Virus record (IMG/VR): IMGVR_UViG_3300048999_000191
Direction: 5' to 3' (one strand)
From: a virus
Length of the DNA: 64,000 nucleotides
Positions 28,743 through 38,516 of the stretch are shown piece by piece. Under the pieces are notes generated by a model, which saw nothing but the letters and a program-made list of their open reading frames with translations, ran no database searches and was not told where the DNA came from. Position 1 is the first letter of the stretch, and the number at the start of each line of letters is the position of its first letter. A program made the position numbers and the translations under genes.

Positions 28743-29185
28743 GCCTTGGCGTCCTCGGTCAGCTCGTCCTCGACGGCCAGGCCGACCTTCTCCACCGCGA
28801 CTACCTCCCAGGTCTCGGCGTACACGCCGTACAGCTTGACGACCGCGTCGTGCGCCAGGGCCACGGCTTCCACGTGATCGCGCGGCGGCCAGGTGACGAA
28901 CTTGTGGACGTAACCATCCACAAAGGTCGCTCGCCAGATCTCCTTGTCCTTCTGGGTGTGCTGGGCGGTCCAGCGCATGCCCACCGGAGTCATCGGCAGG
29001 TGATCACCGTTGCCCTGGGCCTTGGAGGTCCACTCCAGGCTCGCGCGCCGCTCCTTCGAGGGCTTCCCGCCGGTGTGCTTGGCCACCCACTCCGCCGAGC
29101 CGTCGAAGGCCTTCCCGAACGACTTGCCCGCTCGCGCGAAAAGGCCCGGCCCCTTCTTCTTCGGCCGCTTATTCGCCTTGGCCAT
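28739..29185 (-). CDS. hypothetical basic protein
   Basis: GGGAGG RBS; divergent from the transfer operon. Confidence 0.7.
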   Translation of the reverse strand: MAKANKRPKKKGPGLFARAGKSFGKAFDGSAEWVAKHTGGKPSKERRASLEWTSKAQGNGDHLPMTPVGMRWTAQHTQKDKEIWRATFVDGYVHKFVTWPPRDHVEAVALAHDAVVKLYGVYAETWEVVAVEKVGLAVEDELTEDAKA

Positions 29186-29231
29186 GATCCCTCCCGGGTT
29201 GGTTCAGGATTGTGTACTCGCAGGGTATGTT

Positions 29232-29250
29232 ACCCCGTAGGCTACGGGGT
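29232..29250. promoter_or_regulatory. palindromic operator in divergent promoter region
   Basis: Perfect inverted repeat ACCCCGTAG-G-CTACGGGGT between divergent starts at 29185 and 29266. Confidence 0.65.
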
Positions 29251-29265
29251 GAGTATCCTACGGTC

Positions 29266-29535
29266 ATGACTTACGACCCTGAGCGTGACGAGACCCCGAG
29301 CTACGAGGGCGAGGTGGTCGAGGAGAAGGCCCGCATGCGCCCGCGTACGAAGGTGGCACTCGGCGGGCTCGTGGGCCTCGGCGTCTCGATCGTCGCCGAG
29401 CAGTACCTGATCGCCATCGGGCTGATCTGCGCCTACGTCGCGTGGATGTTCGTCCGCACGTGGCTGGCGAAGCGGCGCCGCGACCGCGCATGGCTCGACG
29501 GCGGCGGAACGATCGAGCGAGGAGGGATCCTGTGA
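29266..29535 (+). CDS. small membrane protein (Spd-like)
   Basis: Two hydrophobic segments; first gene of the plus-strand operon. Confidence 0.65.
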   Translation: MTYDPERDETPSYEGEVVEEKARMRPRTKVALGGLVGLGVSIVAEQYLIAIGLICAYVAWMFVRTWLAKRRRDRAWLDGGGTIERGGIL

Positions 29536-30332
29536 AGCTGCCCGATGGCGGCAAGCTCGTGTCCTGGACGGGCTTCATCTTCGGCACGGCGGTGTCGGTC
29601 GCCGCGAATGTGCTGGCCGCCAGGATCCCGCCCGATCACGCCGCGTCGGACTGGACCCCTCGCACGGACACCCAGTTGGGCTCGGCGGTCTGGCCGCTGG
29701 CGCTGCTGCTGTCGATCGAGGTGCTCGCACGGGTCGCCTGGCCCAAGGGCGTCTGGTGGAACGTCGCACGCTTCGGTGGCCTGAGCATCGTGGCCAGCGG
29801 TGCGTTCGTCATCTCCTACCAGCACATCAACCACGTGCTGGCCTCGTGGGGCTACGAATGGCTGAGCCAGGGCGTCGGCCCGCTGGTGATCGACGGCTTG
29901 ATGGTCATCTGCGGCGTGGCGATGCTGGCCAAGCCGGGCGCGCTGCGCAAGCTGCTCGCGGGCAAGGACGCGCCGGAGCGGAGGGACGTCATTCCCGAGG
30001 TCCCGAAGCCGATGCTGCGGCCGCTGAACGAGCCGAACATCGGCGGCCCGAGTAAGTCCTCGTCCGTCGAGGACTCGACGGCCCCGGCTGAGCTGGAGCA
30101 CGGCGTCCCGGCGCAGCGCAACGGACACCGGGTGTCGGCAGCGCTGAAGACCGGCCCGAAGCCGCGCAAGACCTCGGGCCAGAGCGACGAGGAGATCGCC
30201 ACCCTGCTGCGCGGGGAGATCGAGCGGGACGAGAACCCGGACCTCACCAAGCGCGGCGTGATGACGCGATTCGGCGTCGGCGCACCGCGCTGGACCAAGA
30301 TCACCGAGCTACTGAAGAAGGAGGAGTCGTGA
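29532..30332 (+). CDS. DUF2637 / SpdA-like membrane protein
   Basis: SVAANV, WPLALLLSIEVL, ISYQH, PLVIDGLM; 4 TM segments plus basic helical C-terminus. Confidence 0.8.
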   Translation: MKLPDGGKLVSWTGFIFGTAVSVAANVLAARIPPDHAASDWTPRTDTQLGSAVWPLALLLSIEVLARVAWPKGVWWNVARFGGLSIVASGAFVISYQHINHVLASWGYEWLSQGVGPLVIDGLMVICGVAMLAKPGALRKLLAGKDAPERRDVIPEVPKPMLRPLNEPNIGGPSKSSSVEDSTAPAELEHGVPAQRNGHRVSAALKTGPKPRKTSGQSDEEIATLLRGEIERDENPDLTKRGVMTRFGVGAPRWTKITELLKKEES

Positions 30333-32389
30333 GCGGTGAGTCGAAGGGGGTCGTGAAGGAGATCCTCGGCACGGCGGGCGGCGTGCTCGTCGCCGAGGGG
30401 ATCGGGCGGGGGTGGAAGCGCGGCCGCAAGCTGATGTTCCGGTGGCGGCGCGCGCTCACCCCGCTGTGGTTCGGGTTCCTGATCTTCCTGACCTGCGTCA
30501 TCTGGCGCTGGCAGATCCCGCAGTGGTGGCCGATCGTGCTCACCATCCCGGTCGGCGGCGGCCTGCTGGCGGTCTTCGGGCCGAAGCTGTCGGATCGCTG
30601 GTCCCGGGTGGCGATGGCCTTCGTGCCCAGTGGGCTCGACAAGGGCAAGGACGGCGTGCTGGACCGGCTCGTGGAGCGGATCTACTTCGGCACGCTCACC
30701 ACCTACATCGGCGCCTACATGGTCCTACGCATCGTGGACGGCTCCAGTTCGTTCTCCGGCTACATGTGGCAGATCGGAGTGGCTGCCTTCGGCGGCGCCT
30801 GGTGGTACCACCGCCGGGTGCGGGTGGCCGGACGGGCCGACCGCTTCGCGAAGAAGTGGCCGAAGCTCTCCGACAAGACGACCTGCCCGCCCCGGCTCGC
30901 GCCGCTGGTCGGCTCGAAGGTGGTCGACGCGCGGGCGTACGGCAAGACCTCGGTGCTGAAGATCCGGCTCGGCGAAGGCCACACTGTGGACTCCGTCTCG
31001 CACCTGCGTGACGCGCTGGCGAGCTTCTTCGGGATGCGCCCGTCCTCGGTGTTCATCGCGCCGGACCAGGACCAGGCTCGCAACGTGGTCATGACCTTCC
31101 TGCCGAAGGACCCCTGGGACGGCAAGATCGCGCACCCGATCTTCACCGATAGCGAGATCAAGCCGGGCGAGATCAGCCTGAAGTCGATGGGCAAGCGCTT
31201 CGCCATGGGCCTGCACGCCCACGGCGAACGGATCATGTACCAGCTTCAGCACACGCTGGTGGTCGGCGCGTCCGACTCGGGCAAGTCCGGCTGGCTGCAC
31301 TCGCTGATGGCGTGGCTGGTCAGCTTCTTCGACGTCGTGATCGTCGGCATCGACATGGCCGCCGGGGCGACGCTGGGCGTCTGGCGCAAGACCCTCGCGC
31401 TGCCGCTGGCCGAGGACGTGGACTCGGCGGTCGTCATCCTGGAGCGCGTCTTCGGCGTGATCCGGGACCGGGAGTCCCGGCTGGGCCTGGCCTCGGAGGA
31501 CGACGACGACGCCGAGGACAGCGTCGAGCCCGACCGCAAGACCCCGTGGCTGATCCTGGTGATCGACGAGTTCCCGGACCTGCTGGCCGAGGCCAAGGCG
31601 ACCACGAAGTACAACGGAGACGGCAAGGCCGACGGCAACATGCTGAACTACGTGATCGCCCTGCTGTCGCGGATCGCGAAGAAGGCGCGCAAGTGTGGCG
31701 TGCGGATCGTCATCGCGAGCCAGAACGGGACCAAGGCGGACCTGGGCTCGAAGGAGATGCAGGCCCAGCTGCGCGCGATCGTGGGCCTGGGCCTGGACCC
31801 GCTCCAGTCCAAGAACCTCTGGCAGAACGACATGCACCGGGGCTGGAACTCGACGGCACTACGGAACGGCCAGTTCCTCCTGAAGGACGACGAGCACGGG
31901 ACTCCGGACCCGGGCAAGGGGTACTGGGTCGAGAACAAGGACCGCCGGGATCTCGTCAAGAAGGTGGCGCCGAAGGGATACCGCGAGGTCTTCCTGGAGC
32001 CCACCGCGTGGGCGATCCTCATGGGCGAGACCAAGCCGGAGACCATCGAGGGCGAGGTCATCGCGGAGGAGACCTTCGGTCCCGAGTACGCGGTCCTGGA
32101 GTACCTCCGGGTCGAGGCCCAGGACGGCGCGAAGGTGGAGACCATCTCCGACGTCCTGACCAAGGCCAAGGAGGAGACCGGCGGGTCCGGTCCCGGGACC
32201 AGCCGGGCGACGATCTACCGGCACCTGGAGAAGCTGGAGAAGGGCGAGCTGGTCGTCCGCAACGGCGGCGGCGAGGGCTTCTGGAAGGCGGCCCCCGTCA
32301 CGGCCACCACGCCAGTGCCCGAGCCCCGCACGGAGACGGACGGGCCGGTGGTCATCGCCAGCATCCAGGGCGAGGCAGTGTCGAAGTAG
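30329..32389 (+). CDS. traB: TraB-type FtsK/SpoIIIE DNA translocase
   Basis: N-terminal TM segments, Walker A GASDSGKS, Walker B LVIDE, ARK.G..IVIASQ, C-terminal wHTH SRATIYRHLEKL. Confidence 0.85.
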   Translation: MSGESKGVVKEILGTAGGVLVAEGIGRGWKRGRKLMFRWRRALTPLWFGFLIFLTCVIWRWQIPQWWPIVLTIPVGGGLLAVFGPKLSDRWSRVAMAFVPSGLDKGKDGVLDRLVERIYFGTLTTYIGAYMVLRIVDGSSSFSGYMWQIGVAAFGGAWWYHRRVRVAGRADRFAKKWPKLSDKTTCPPRLAPLVGSKVVDARAYGKTSVLKIRLGEGHTVDSVSHLRDALASFFGMRPSSVFIAPDQDQARNVVMTFLPKDPWDGKIAHPIFTDSEIKPGEISLKSMGKRFAMGLHAHGERIMYQLQHTLVVGASDSGKSGWLHSLMAWLVSFFDVVIVGIDMAAGATLGVWRKTLALPLAEDVDSAVVILERVFGVIRDRESRLGLASEDDDDAEDSVEPDRKTPWLILVIDEFPDLLAEAKATTKYNGDGKADGNMLNYVIALLSRIAKKARKCGVRIVIASQNGTKADLGSKEMQAQLRAIVGLGLDPLQSKNLWQNDMHRGWNSTALRNGQFLLKDDEHGTPDPGKGYWVENKDRRDLVKKVAPKGYREVFLEPTAWAILMGETKPETIEGEVIAEETFGPEYAVLEYLRVEAQDGAKVETISDVLTKAKEETGGSGPGTSRATIYRHLEKLEKGELVVRNGGGEGFWKAAPVTATTPVPEPRTETDGPVVIASIQGEAVSK

Positions 32390-32403
32390 GCTTCGAGTAG
32401 GGC

Positions 32404-32720
32404 CGTTTGCGCAGGTCAGCGACCCTACGAGCGGTTTAGAGTACAGCGAAGCCCCCGGGTGTCCGACCACCCGGGGGCCTTCTGCTGTCCCACTCCCAAG
32501 AGGAACCAGGTCAGGCTAGCACGCGTCTGACCTGCGCAAACGCGCCCCGCGCGCCTGCGAACACGTACGTACGTACTGCATGTGCACACGCTATGTGCGC
32601 GCTCGGGGGCGCTGCGCGTCTCATGTCGCACGTCTCACGTCATGCGTAACGTGCGCAGGCGCGGGGGCTGCGAGAACGCGAGATCGATCATGTTTGCCCA
32701 GGTCACTGACCTGCGGAAAC
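32404..32720. repeat. four alternating copies of a TGACCTGCG-AAAC-type motif with nested inverted repeats
   Basis: 32404-32419 and 32527-32542 form a perfect 16-bp IR; further copies at 32692-32705 and 32707-32720. Confidence 0.75.
32451..32478 (+). terminator. terminator after traB
   Basis: GCCCCCGGGTG-TCCGAC-CACCCGGGGGC. Confidence 0.7.
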
Positions 32721-32778
32721 TCTCAGAGGCCGTCCTGGGGGTCTCGACCCGTCTCATCCTGGGTCGCGATCATGAACG

Positions 32779-32805
32779 AGCCCCCGGCAGGTGCTCCCGG
32801 GGGCT
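32779..32805 (-). terminator. terminator for the converging minus-strand operon
   Basis: AGCCCCCGG...CCGGGGGCT next to stop at 32825. Confidence 0.65.
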
Positions 32806-33159
32806 TTCATTCGACACAGCGTGACTAGTTCTGGTCGTCCCAGCGGAACAGCCAGCGGCCGTTGCCGTGGTCCTGGACGACGCCCGGGATCCCGCATCGC
32901 CGGTGGGTCTCGTTGAGGATCCGGGTCACCTCGGGACCGGCCACCTGCTCGACGAACTGATCGAGCCCATGGGCCCAGACCCAGGCGAGGATCCCAGCCG
33001 GGTCCCGGTGCGGCTCGAAGGTCACGTGGAACAGCACATCCCGCAGAGACCCGGAGTCGCTCTGGTCTCGGATGGTGTCCCGCGCGGCTCCGAGTTCCAT
33101 GATGAGGTGTCCCACGCTCGGCGCGAGACCCAGGCTGGGCCCGGTCTCGGTCCCAGCAC

Positions 33160-33519
33160 TCACGGCATGGTCCCGACCCAGCGGAGCTGGAACCGCTCGG
33201 GACTCGCCTGGGTCACGGTACCGTCGAGATCCAGGTCCACCGAGGCCGTCGTGAGGACCTCCTGGGCCAGGTCCGTGTGGGCCCAGCCGTACTCGTCGGC
33301 CGGGACCGCCGCCTCGATCGCGGTCCCGTCGACCCCGGTGAGGCACAGTTCCGAGATCACCCAGTGCCGGTCCCGGTCCCGACGGTCCTGCTCGTTCAGC
33401 ACGCCGTCCATCGTGACGCGCGGCTGTGGCATCACCTGGACGAGCCGATCCTTCACCGCCTGCGCTGCCGCGAGCACCTCCGCCATCGCGGGCGGCGCCT
33501 CGATCTTCGTGTTCGCCAT
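33160..33519 (-). CDS. hypothetical protein
   Basis: AAGGGAGAG RBS; 119 aa. Confidence 0.6.
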   Translation of the reverse strand: MANTKIEAPPAMAEVLAAAQAVKDRLVQVMPQPRVTMDGVLNEQDRRDRDRHWVISELCLTGVDGTAIEAAVPADEYGWAHTDLAQEVLTTASVDLDLDGTVTQASPERFQLRWVGTMP

Positions 33520-33556
33520 CTCTCTCCCTTCTCAGCTCCCGGCTGTCCGGGAACTG

Positions 33557-34261
33557 TCAATTGGTCAGAAGCTGGACGATCTCCCACCACGGCCTTCCGG
33601 CCGTCATCAGCGTGGCGGTGCCCAGCAGGCCGACCCCCACGGCCAGGCTCATCGTCACGGCGCCCTCGCCGAGATTCACCCACGACCAGCGGGACAGGGT
33701 CTTGATCCGGCCCTTCTCCCGGTGGCCGCCGACGCGGAAGCGGGCGATCTCGGGGCAGGTCCAGACCGAGAACCAGCGCTTGCCGTTGCGCTCGACGAAG
33801 GGGGCCCAGAGCGGGATCCCGCTCAGCGTGATGCTGTCGCCCCACAGGTGCGCGAAGTGGCCCAGGGTCATGGCCAGGGAGGCCCACAGGGCCCAGTCGG
33901 ATGCGGGACTGGCCGAGATCCCGAAGTAGGTCCCGAGACCCACCAGGAGGCCCCAGACGGCCGTGTGGGTCAGGGTCCGGTGACCCGGGAACCGGCCCAT
34001 CCGGTCCTTGCTGGTCCGGGTGGCCTCCCAGACGATGATCGAGACCTTGTTGATCAGCCAGGCCAGGCCCCAGGTGATGGGTCCCAGCAGCTTCGCGGCC
34101 TTCGCCTTCGGCATGTCCAGGTCCGGCAGCAGGGCGCCGATCCCGACGATCCCGACGAAGACCAGGGTCACCACCGCGTTGGCGGGACCCGGGTGCGGGA
34201 CCAGCGGGGCCACGGCGAGCGCGACTGCGTACCCAGAGAGTTGGTGTCCGGTGTGTTCCAC
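33557..34261 (-). CDS. YdjM-like membrane-bound metal-dependent hydrolase
   Basis: GH, LPDLD, HRTLTH, HLWGD motifs with TM helices. Confidence 0.85.
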   Translation of the reverse strand: MEHTGHQLSGYAVALAVAPLVPHPGPANAVVTLVFVGIVGIGALLPDLDMPKAKAAKLLGPITWGLAWLINKVSIIVWEATRTSKDRMGRFPGHRTLTHTAVWGLLVGLGTYFGISASPASDWALWASLAMTLGHFAHLWGDSITLSGIPLWAPFVERNGKRWFSVWTCPEIARFRVGGHREKGRIKTLSRWSWVNLGEGAVTMSLAVGVGLLGTATLMTAGRPWWEIVQLLTN

Positions 34262-34488
34262 TCAGCCCTCCCGGGTCAGTTCTTCGCGCCGGAACGGCAG
34301 GATCTGCCCGGTCTCGTCCAGCCGGACCTGGAACGGCCAGCCGAACCAGGTGATCGCCGAGTCGATCGCCACGATCTCGCCGGAACGGCGGACCTGGGTG
34401 GCGGCCAGGCTGGAGTACAGCTGCGGGTGCTGATGCTCCTCGACCCAGACCTCGACCCGGTCCCCGACGGCGGGGTGCCAGAACTCCA

Positions 34489-34890
34489 TCAGCCCTCCTG
34501 GTCCATGACGGCGCGCGCCACGTCCGGGTCCATCCGGAATCGGATGGACCCCTTCCAGGCCTGACGCTCGAAGAGCCGGTCGTCCCGGATCGCCTTCCGG
34601 ACTCCGCCGAGAACCCCGGACGCCTGGCGTGAGTCGAGCCCCATGGCGTTGCGCAGCGCGGGCCAGCTGATCCACGTCGCGTCGTGAGCCAAGGTCAGTT
34701 CGGCCAGCGCTCGCAGCAACACGCGGCCCGAGGTACCGAGCTTGATCCAGGCGCGATCCACGCGATCTTCAGCGGGCTCTGGTGGCTGGTTCTGCGCGAC
34801 GACTCGGGCAGTCACCTCGGCGACGTAGCGCGCCAGCTCGGGCATGACGGACTCCGGCACGGTGGCCTGGAACGAAACCCAGGTGGTCAC
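34489..34890 (-). CDS. hypothetical winged-helix-like protein
   Basis: GTG at 34890 with GGAGG RBS. Confidence 0.55.
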   Translation of the reverse strand: MTTWVSFQATVPESVMPELARYVAEVTARVVAQNQPPEPAEDRVDRAWIKLGTSGRVLLRALAELTLAHDATWISWPALRNAMGLDSRQASGVLGGVRKAIRDDRLFERQAWKGSIRFRMDPDVARAVMDQEG

Positions 34891-35715
34891 GATCCCTCCC
34901 GGGTCTCGCGCTGCTTCGCGGCGTCTCGCAACTCGGCGAGGTACTGCGCCACCTGACGGCAGGCCCAGGCCTCGGCGGACATGGACTTCTCGCTGCGCAG
35001 CTGATCCGCCTTGCCGTAGGTCTCGGCCGCCCGCTCGTACTTGCGCTGCGTGGCCAATACGGCGTTGCGCGCCTTGTTCAGCGCCAGGACGTGCTCCGGT
35101 CCCAGCTCGATGCTCATGAGCGCACCTTTCAACGGGCCGCAGGGGCCGAGATGCGGGTGGCCGGTGCCCTGGCAGTCCCAGCACCGCCCGCCGGTGGACT
35201 CGTCGTAGACCTCGCCGGTGCCGTCGCAACGCGGGCAGCAGCCCTCGCACGAACGGACGTGCAGCTGCACCACGCGCCGGTATCGCCAGTGCGCCAGGGT
35301 CGCGAAGAAAGCGGATCCGAGCGCCAGCAGGACCGCGATGCCGTCGAGCAGGTAGTGGATCATGAGTCGTGCTCCTTCAGCTTGGCCGCGACCACGCCGG
35401 GCCGGTTGGGCTCGCGGTAGGAAGAGCTGTGCCGGAAGCAGTAGGCCCGCATGTCGCACATGCATGGCCTGCGGCCGGGGCGCCAGACCCGGTAGAGCAC
35501 CCAGCGGTAGATCCCGCTGTAGGACAGCGTCAAATTCCACAGGACGAAGGCGCCGGTGGCCATGCCCAGGTAGGCGAACAACGCCGCCCAAGTGAAATCT
35601 TTCGGCCAGATGGGCAGGAGCGAGACCGCGAGAAGCGGGCTCCAGACGCTCACGCTGAAGAAGGCGGCCGACTTCAGCGTGGCGCCGAGTCCGTCGAGGA
35701 GCAGCTTCCTGCTGA

Positions 35716-36066
35716 TCATGAAACTTCGTCTCCGATCACGAAGACGCCGTACTGATCCAGGTGGCAGTAGAAGTCGCCCTCGCCGAGGGATTGCTGGAGC
35801 TGCATCGTGGCCGCGCGGGTCATCGGGCAGTCCCGCAGGTTCGGACGGCAGGCCAGCGGATGCTTGATCGTCCAGCTCTCCGGGGCCAGGCTGATCACGT
35901 GCTGGCCGTTGTCCTCGACCGGCATCAGCCGGACGGCGTCCTCGGGCAGCAGGTCGGGATCCTCGTTGTTCACCAGAGGGCCGTTGGTCAGCAGCCAGCA
36001 GAGCCCGGCATCGACCTTGATCAAACCGTGGGTGGGTGACCACCACAGCTCGGGCATCTCAGGCAT
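35716..36066 (-). CDS. hypothetical protein
   Basis: 116-aa coupled ORF. Confidence 0.6.
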   Translation of the reverse strand: MPEMPELWWSPTHGLIKVDAGLCWLLTNGPLVNNEDPDLLPEDAVRLMPVEDNGQHVISLAPESWTIKHPLACRPNLRDCPMTRAATMQLQQSLGEGDFYCHLDQYGVFVIGDEVS

Positions 36067-36444
36067 CTCGCTCCGCCTCCAGCTCGCCGATGCGCTCGCG
36101 TAGCCGCTCGTTCTCCTCGCAGACCCGCCAGAAAGCAGCCTCGGCGGAGTGCTCCTCGCTCAGCATCCCGCCCGCGACGAAGACGTCCCAGGTGCGCTCG
36201 GGGAAACTGTCGGCGAAGTCGTGAGCAGCCGTGGCGAGCATCTCGAAGAGCCTGTCCAGCTGCTCGCCGCCGAGCGCCGCCGGGACCTCGATGGTCATCT
36301 GGAAGTCCTCGATCTCCTTGCCCGCACGCGCGGCCGACCACATGGCCGTCTCGACGGTGTTCACCAGGGCTTCCAATTCCCAGCCCTTCTCCAGACTCAT
36401 GTCCTTGGGGACGTAGATCCGGAGGAAATCCTCGAAATCCTCGC

Positions 36445-37224
36445 TCATGAGAACAGGTCCAGCATCGAGAGACCGTGGCCGAAGCCGTTGCGCAGGGTTT
36501 CCGGGCTCATCGCTTCCATCCCCTTCTGCTGGCGCAGGCCAGCCATAGCCAGGTCCCAGCGCTCGTCGTCGGTGTGGTCGTCGTACCAGGCGTCCTCGTT
36601 GAGCGGCTCGCCCTCGTCGTCCCGGGGGCCGACCCACCCGGCGACGTACTGGTTCGGGAAGCCGTCGGTCACCGAGTAGGAGGTGACCACGGGGTGCTCG
36701 GCGCCGGAGCGCAGCAGCTCCTGCACCTTGTCCCAGCCCATCCCGTCGCGGCAGAGACCGGCGTCGAGACCCTGCTGGATCACGTCGGCCAGCCAGGCCC
36801 GGTCCGGGCCCTCGACCCAGGCGTGGATCTCGCACTGGGCATGCAGCCGGGCGAAGAGGCACAGCGGGTTGCTGCCGAGGGCCAACACGGTGTTGAGTTG
36901 GAGTTCGAAGTTGTCCAGCGGCTTGTCCTCGTGCTGGAAGATCTTCTCGCCGTTGATCGCGAAGCTCGTCCGCAGGTGGTCTTTGGCCAGCATGGGCCCC
37001 TGCTTGGCAAACGTGACCGGGTCCATCGGGACGCCGTTGGGGTAGGTCTCGACCGCGAACTTCCGCCGGGCGGCCGGAGTCATCAGCGCGAACACCTCCC
37101 GGTCGCTGTAGCTCGGGATCAGGGCCGCACTCAGGTCCGAGGTCAGCAGGCCCATATGCGCCCGCTCGGAGCCCAGCACCTCCGCCTCGCCCTCGTGCTG
37201 GGTGTGGAAGTAGATGCGGCTCAT
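36445..37224 (-). CDS. hypothetical protein
   Basis: 259-aa ORF with GGAGG RBS. Confidence 0.75.
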   Translation of the reverse strand: MSRIYFHTQHEGEAEVLGSERAHMGLLTSDLSAALIPSYSDREVFALMTPAARRKFAVETYPNGVPMDPVTFAKQGPMLAKDHLRTSFAINGEKIFQHEDKPLDNFELQLNTVLALGSNPLCLFARLHAQCEIHAWVEGPDRAWLADVIQQGLDAGLCRDGMGWDKVQELLRSGAEHPVVTSYSVTDGFPNQYVAGWVGPRDDEGEPLNEDAWYDDHTDDERWDLAMAGLRQQKGMEAMSPETLRNGFGHGLSMLDLFS

Positions 37225-37420
37225 CGGCCCCTCCGGAGGTCGGTCTCGGCGCAGTCGTAGCTGTCGCCGTCGGGAGTGGTGCAGTCGATGACCTCGTACC
37301 AGCGTTCACCGCCCTCGGTGGCGATCCAGGTGTCCACCGCCTGGCCATCGACCTCTTGGCCGTAGCGGTTTCGGAAGATCAGGGTGTCCTTGTAAAGCGT
37401 GAACAGCTGCGGGACGTCGC

Positions 37421-37816
37421 TCATTGGGCTTCCTTCCGGAAACGGGTGCGTTCGATCACTTCGTCGATCTCGTCGCGCAGTTCTTGAGGGAGCTGCGGGA
37501 AGGCCTTGTCCGAGGACTGCACGTCGCGCAACAGACCCATGGCCTGATAGCGCTCGGTGATGGCTTGCTGAGCCCGGTCGACCAGGTCGGCATCGCTGCC
37601 TCCGGCCGTCAGCTCGCGGCGGTCCATCGAGGTCATCAGCAGGCGCTCCAGCCGCGCCGATTCACGCTCGGCCTGCTTGGCCCGCCTCACGGCAGCCGCA
37701 GCCTTGCGGCGCCCGTCGAAAACCTTGGAAAGACCCTCCATCAGGCCCCCGCCGAAGAGCACGCCGAAGAGCACCATCCAGAAGATGTTGTCGTTCAGGA
37801 ATTGCCAGAAGGTCAT
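37421..37816 (-). CDS. membrane-anchored coiled-coil protein
   Basis: N-terminal TM segment; behind element copy 20. Confidence 0.7.
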   Translation of the reverse strand: MTFWQFLNDNIFWMVLFGVLFGGGLMEGLSKVFDGRRKAAAAVRRAKQAERESARLERLLMTSMDRRELTAGGSDADLVDRAQQAITERYQAMGLLRDVQSSDKAFPQLPQELRDEIDEVIERTRFRKEAQ

Positions 37817-37825
37817 GGCCTTCAT

Positions 37826-37882
37826 CCTCCAGTGCGGATGCGTTGTGGATGGGATACTACCCGATTGGGTAGGTGATCACAA
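37826..37882 (-). promoter_or_regulatory. Cassette element copy 20
   Basis: TTGTGA-17-TAGTAT; palindrome 37857-37872; CCGCACTGGAGG. Confidence 0.8.
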
Positions 37883-38264
37883 GCGTTTCCGGCGACGATC
37901 CTGCCGTATCGAGCGCTCGCGGTTGGACAGCTTCGCCTCGCGGACGGCATGGATGAGACGCTGCACGAGACGTGCGAAGCCGATCACAGCGGCCACGACC
38001 AGTTCATCGGCGCCATCTCGCGCAGCTTGGTCAGATGGGTCTCGACCGAGAACCCCGCGAGCGGGACGAACCGGCCGCGCCAGGTGAAGCCGCCCTGCTT
38101 GCTCGCGCGGTGGCGGGCGAGGGTGGGCGGGGTTCTCAGCGGCAGGCTGCACACGCGGTACAGCAGCTCCTTCAGCATGATGTCTTCCTCCAGGGCGGAG
38201 ACGGGCCGAGCCCGGCAACTGACGGTCACACCAGTTGCCGGGCTCGGGTTCGGGGATGAACAGC

Positions 38265-38516
38265 TCAGACGCAGGAGCGGGTGAGCTTGCGGCGCTCGTC
38301 GGGGGTCGTGCCGCCGAAGATGCCGTGGTCGAGACCCTCGTCCAGGGCGAAGCCCAGGCAGACCTCGCGGACGGGGCAGCGGGCGCAGACCGCCTTCGCC
38401 TGCGCGACCTGCCGCTCGCCTGGGCCGACCTCGGAGATCGGGAAAAACAGCTCAGGATCCTCGTCCTTGCACGCGGCGAAGTCGCTCCACGCGAACTGCT
38501 CGATGCGCTCGTTCAT
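38265..38516 (-). CDS. whiB: WhiB-family Fe-S transcription regulator
   Basis: AAC...DPELFFP...AKAVCARCPVREVCL...GIFGGTTPDER. Confidence 0.95.
   Translation of the reverse strand: MNERIEQFAWSDFAACKDEDPELFFPISEVGPGERQVAQAKAVCARCPVREVCLGFALDEGLDHGIFGGTTPDERRKLTRSCV

Noticed and set aside
27739-34261. Independent integrated AICE or plasmid
   Set aside because: No integrase, excisionase, RepSA/RepAM or flanking att direct repeats are visible. Not fully excluded without the rest of the genome.
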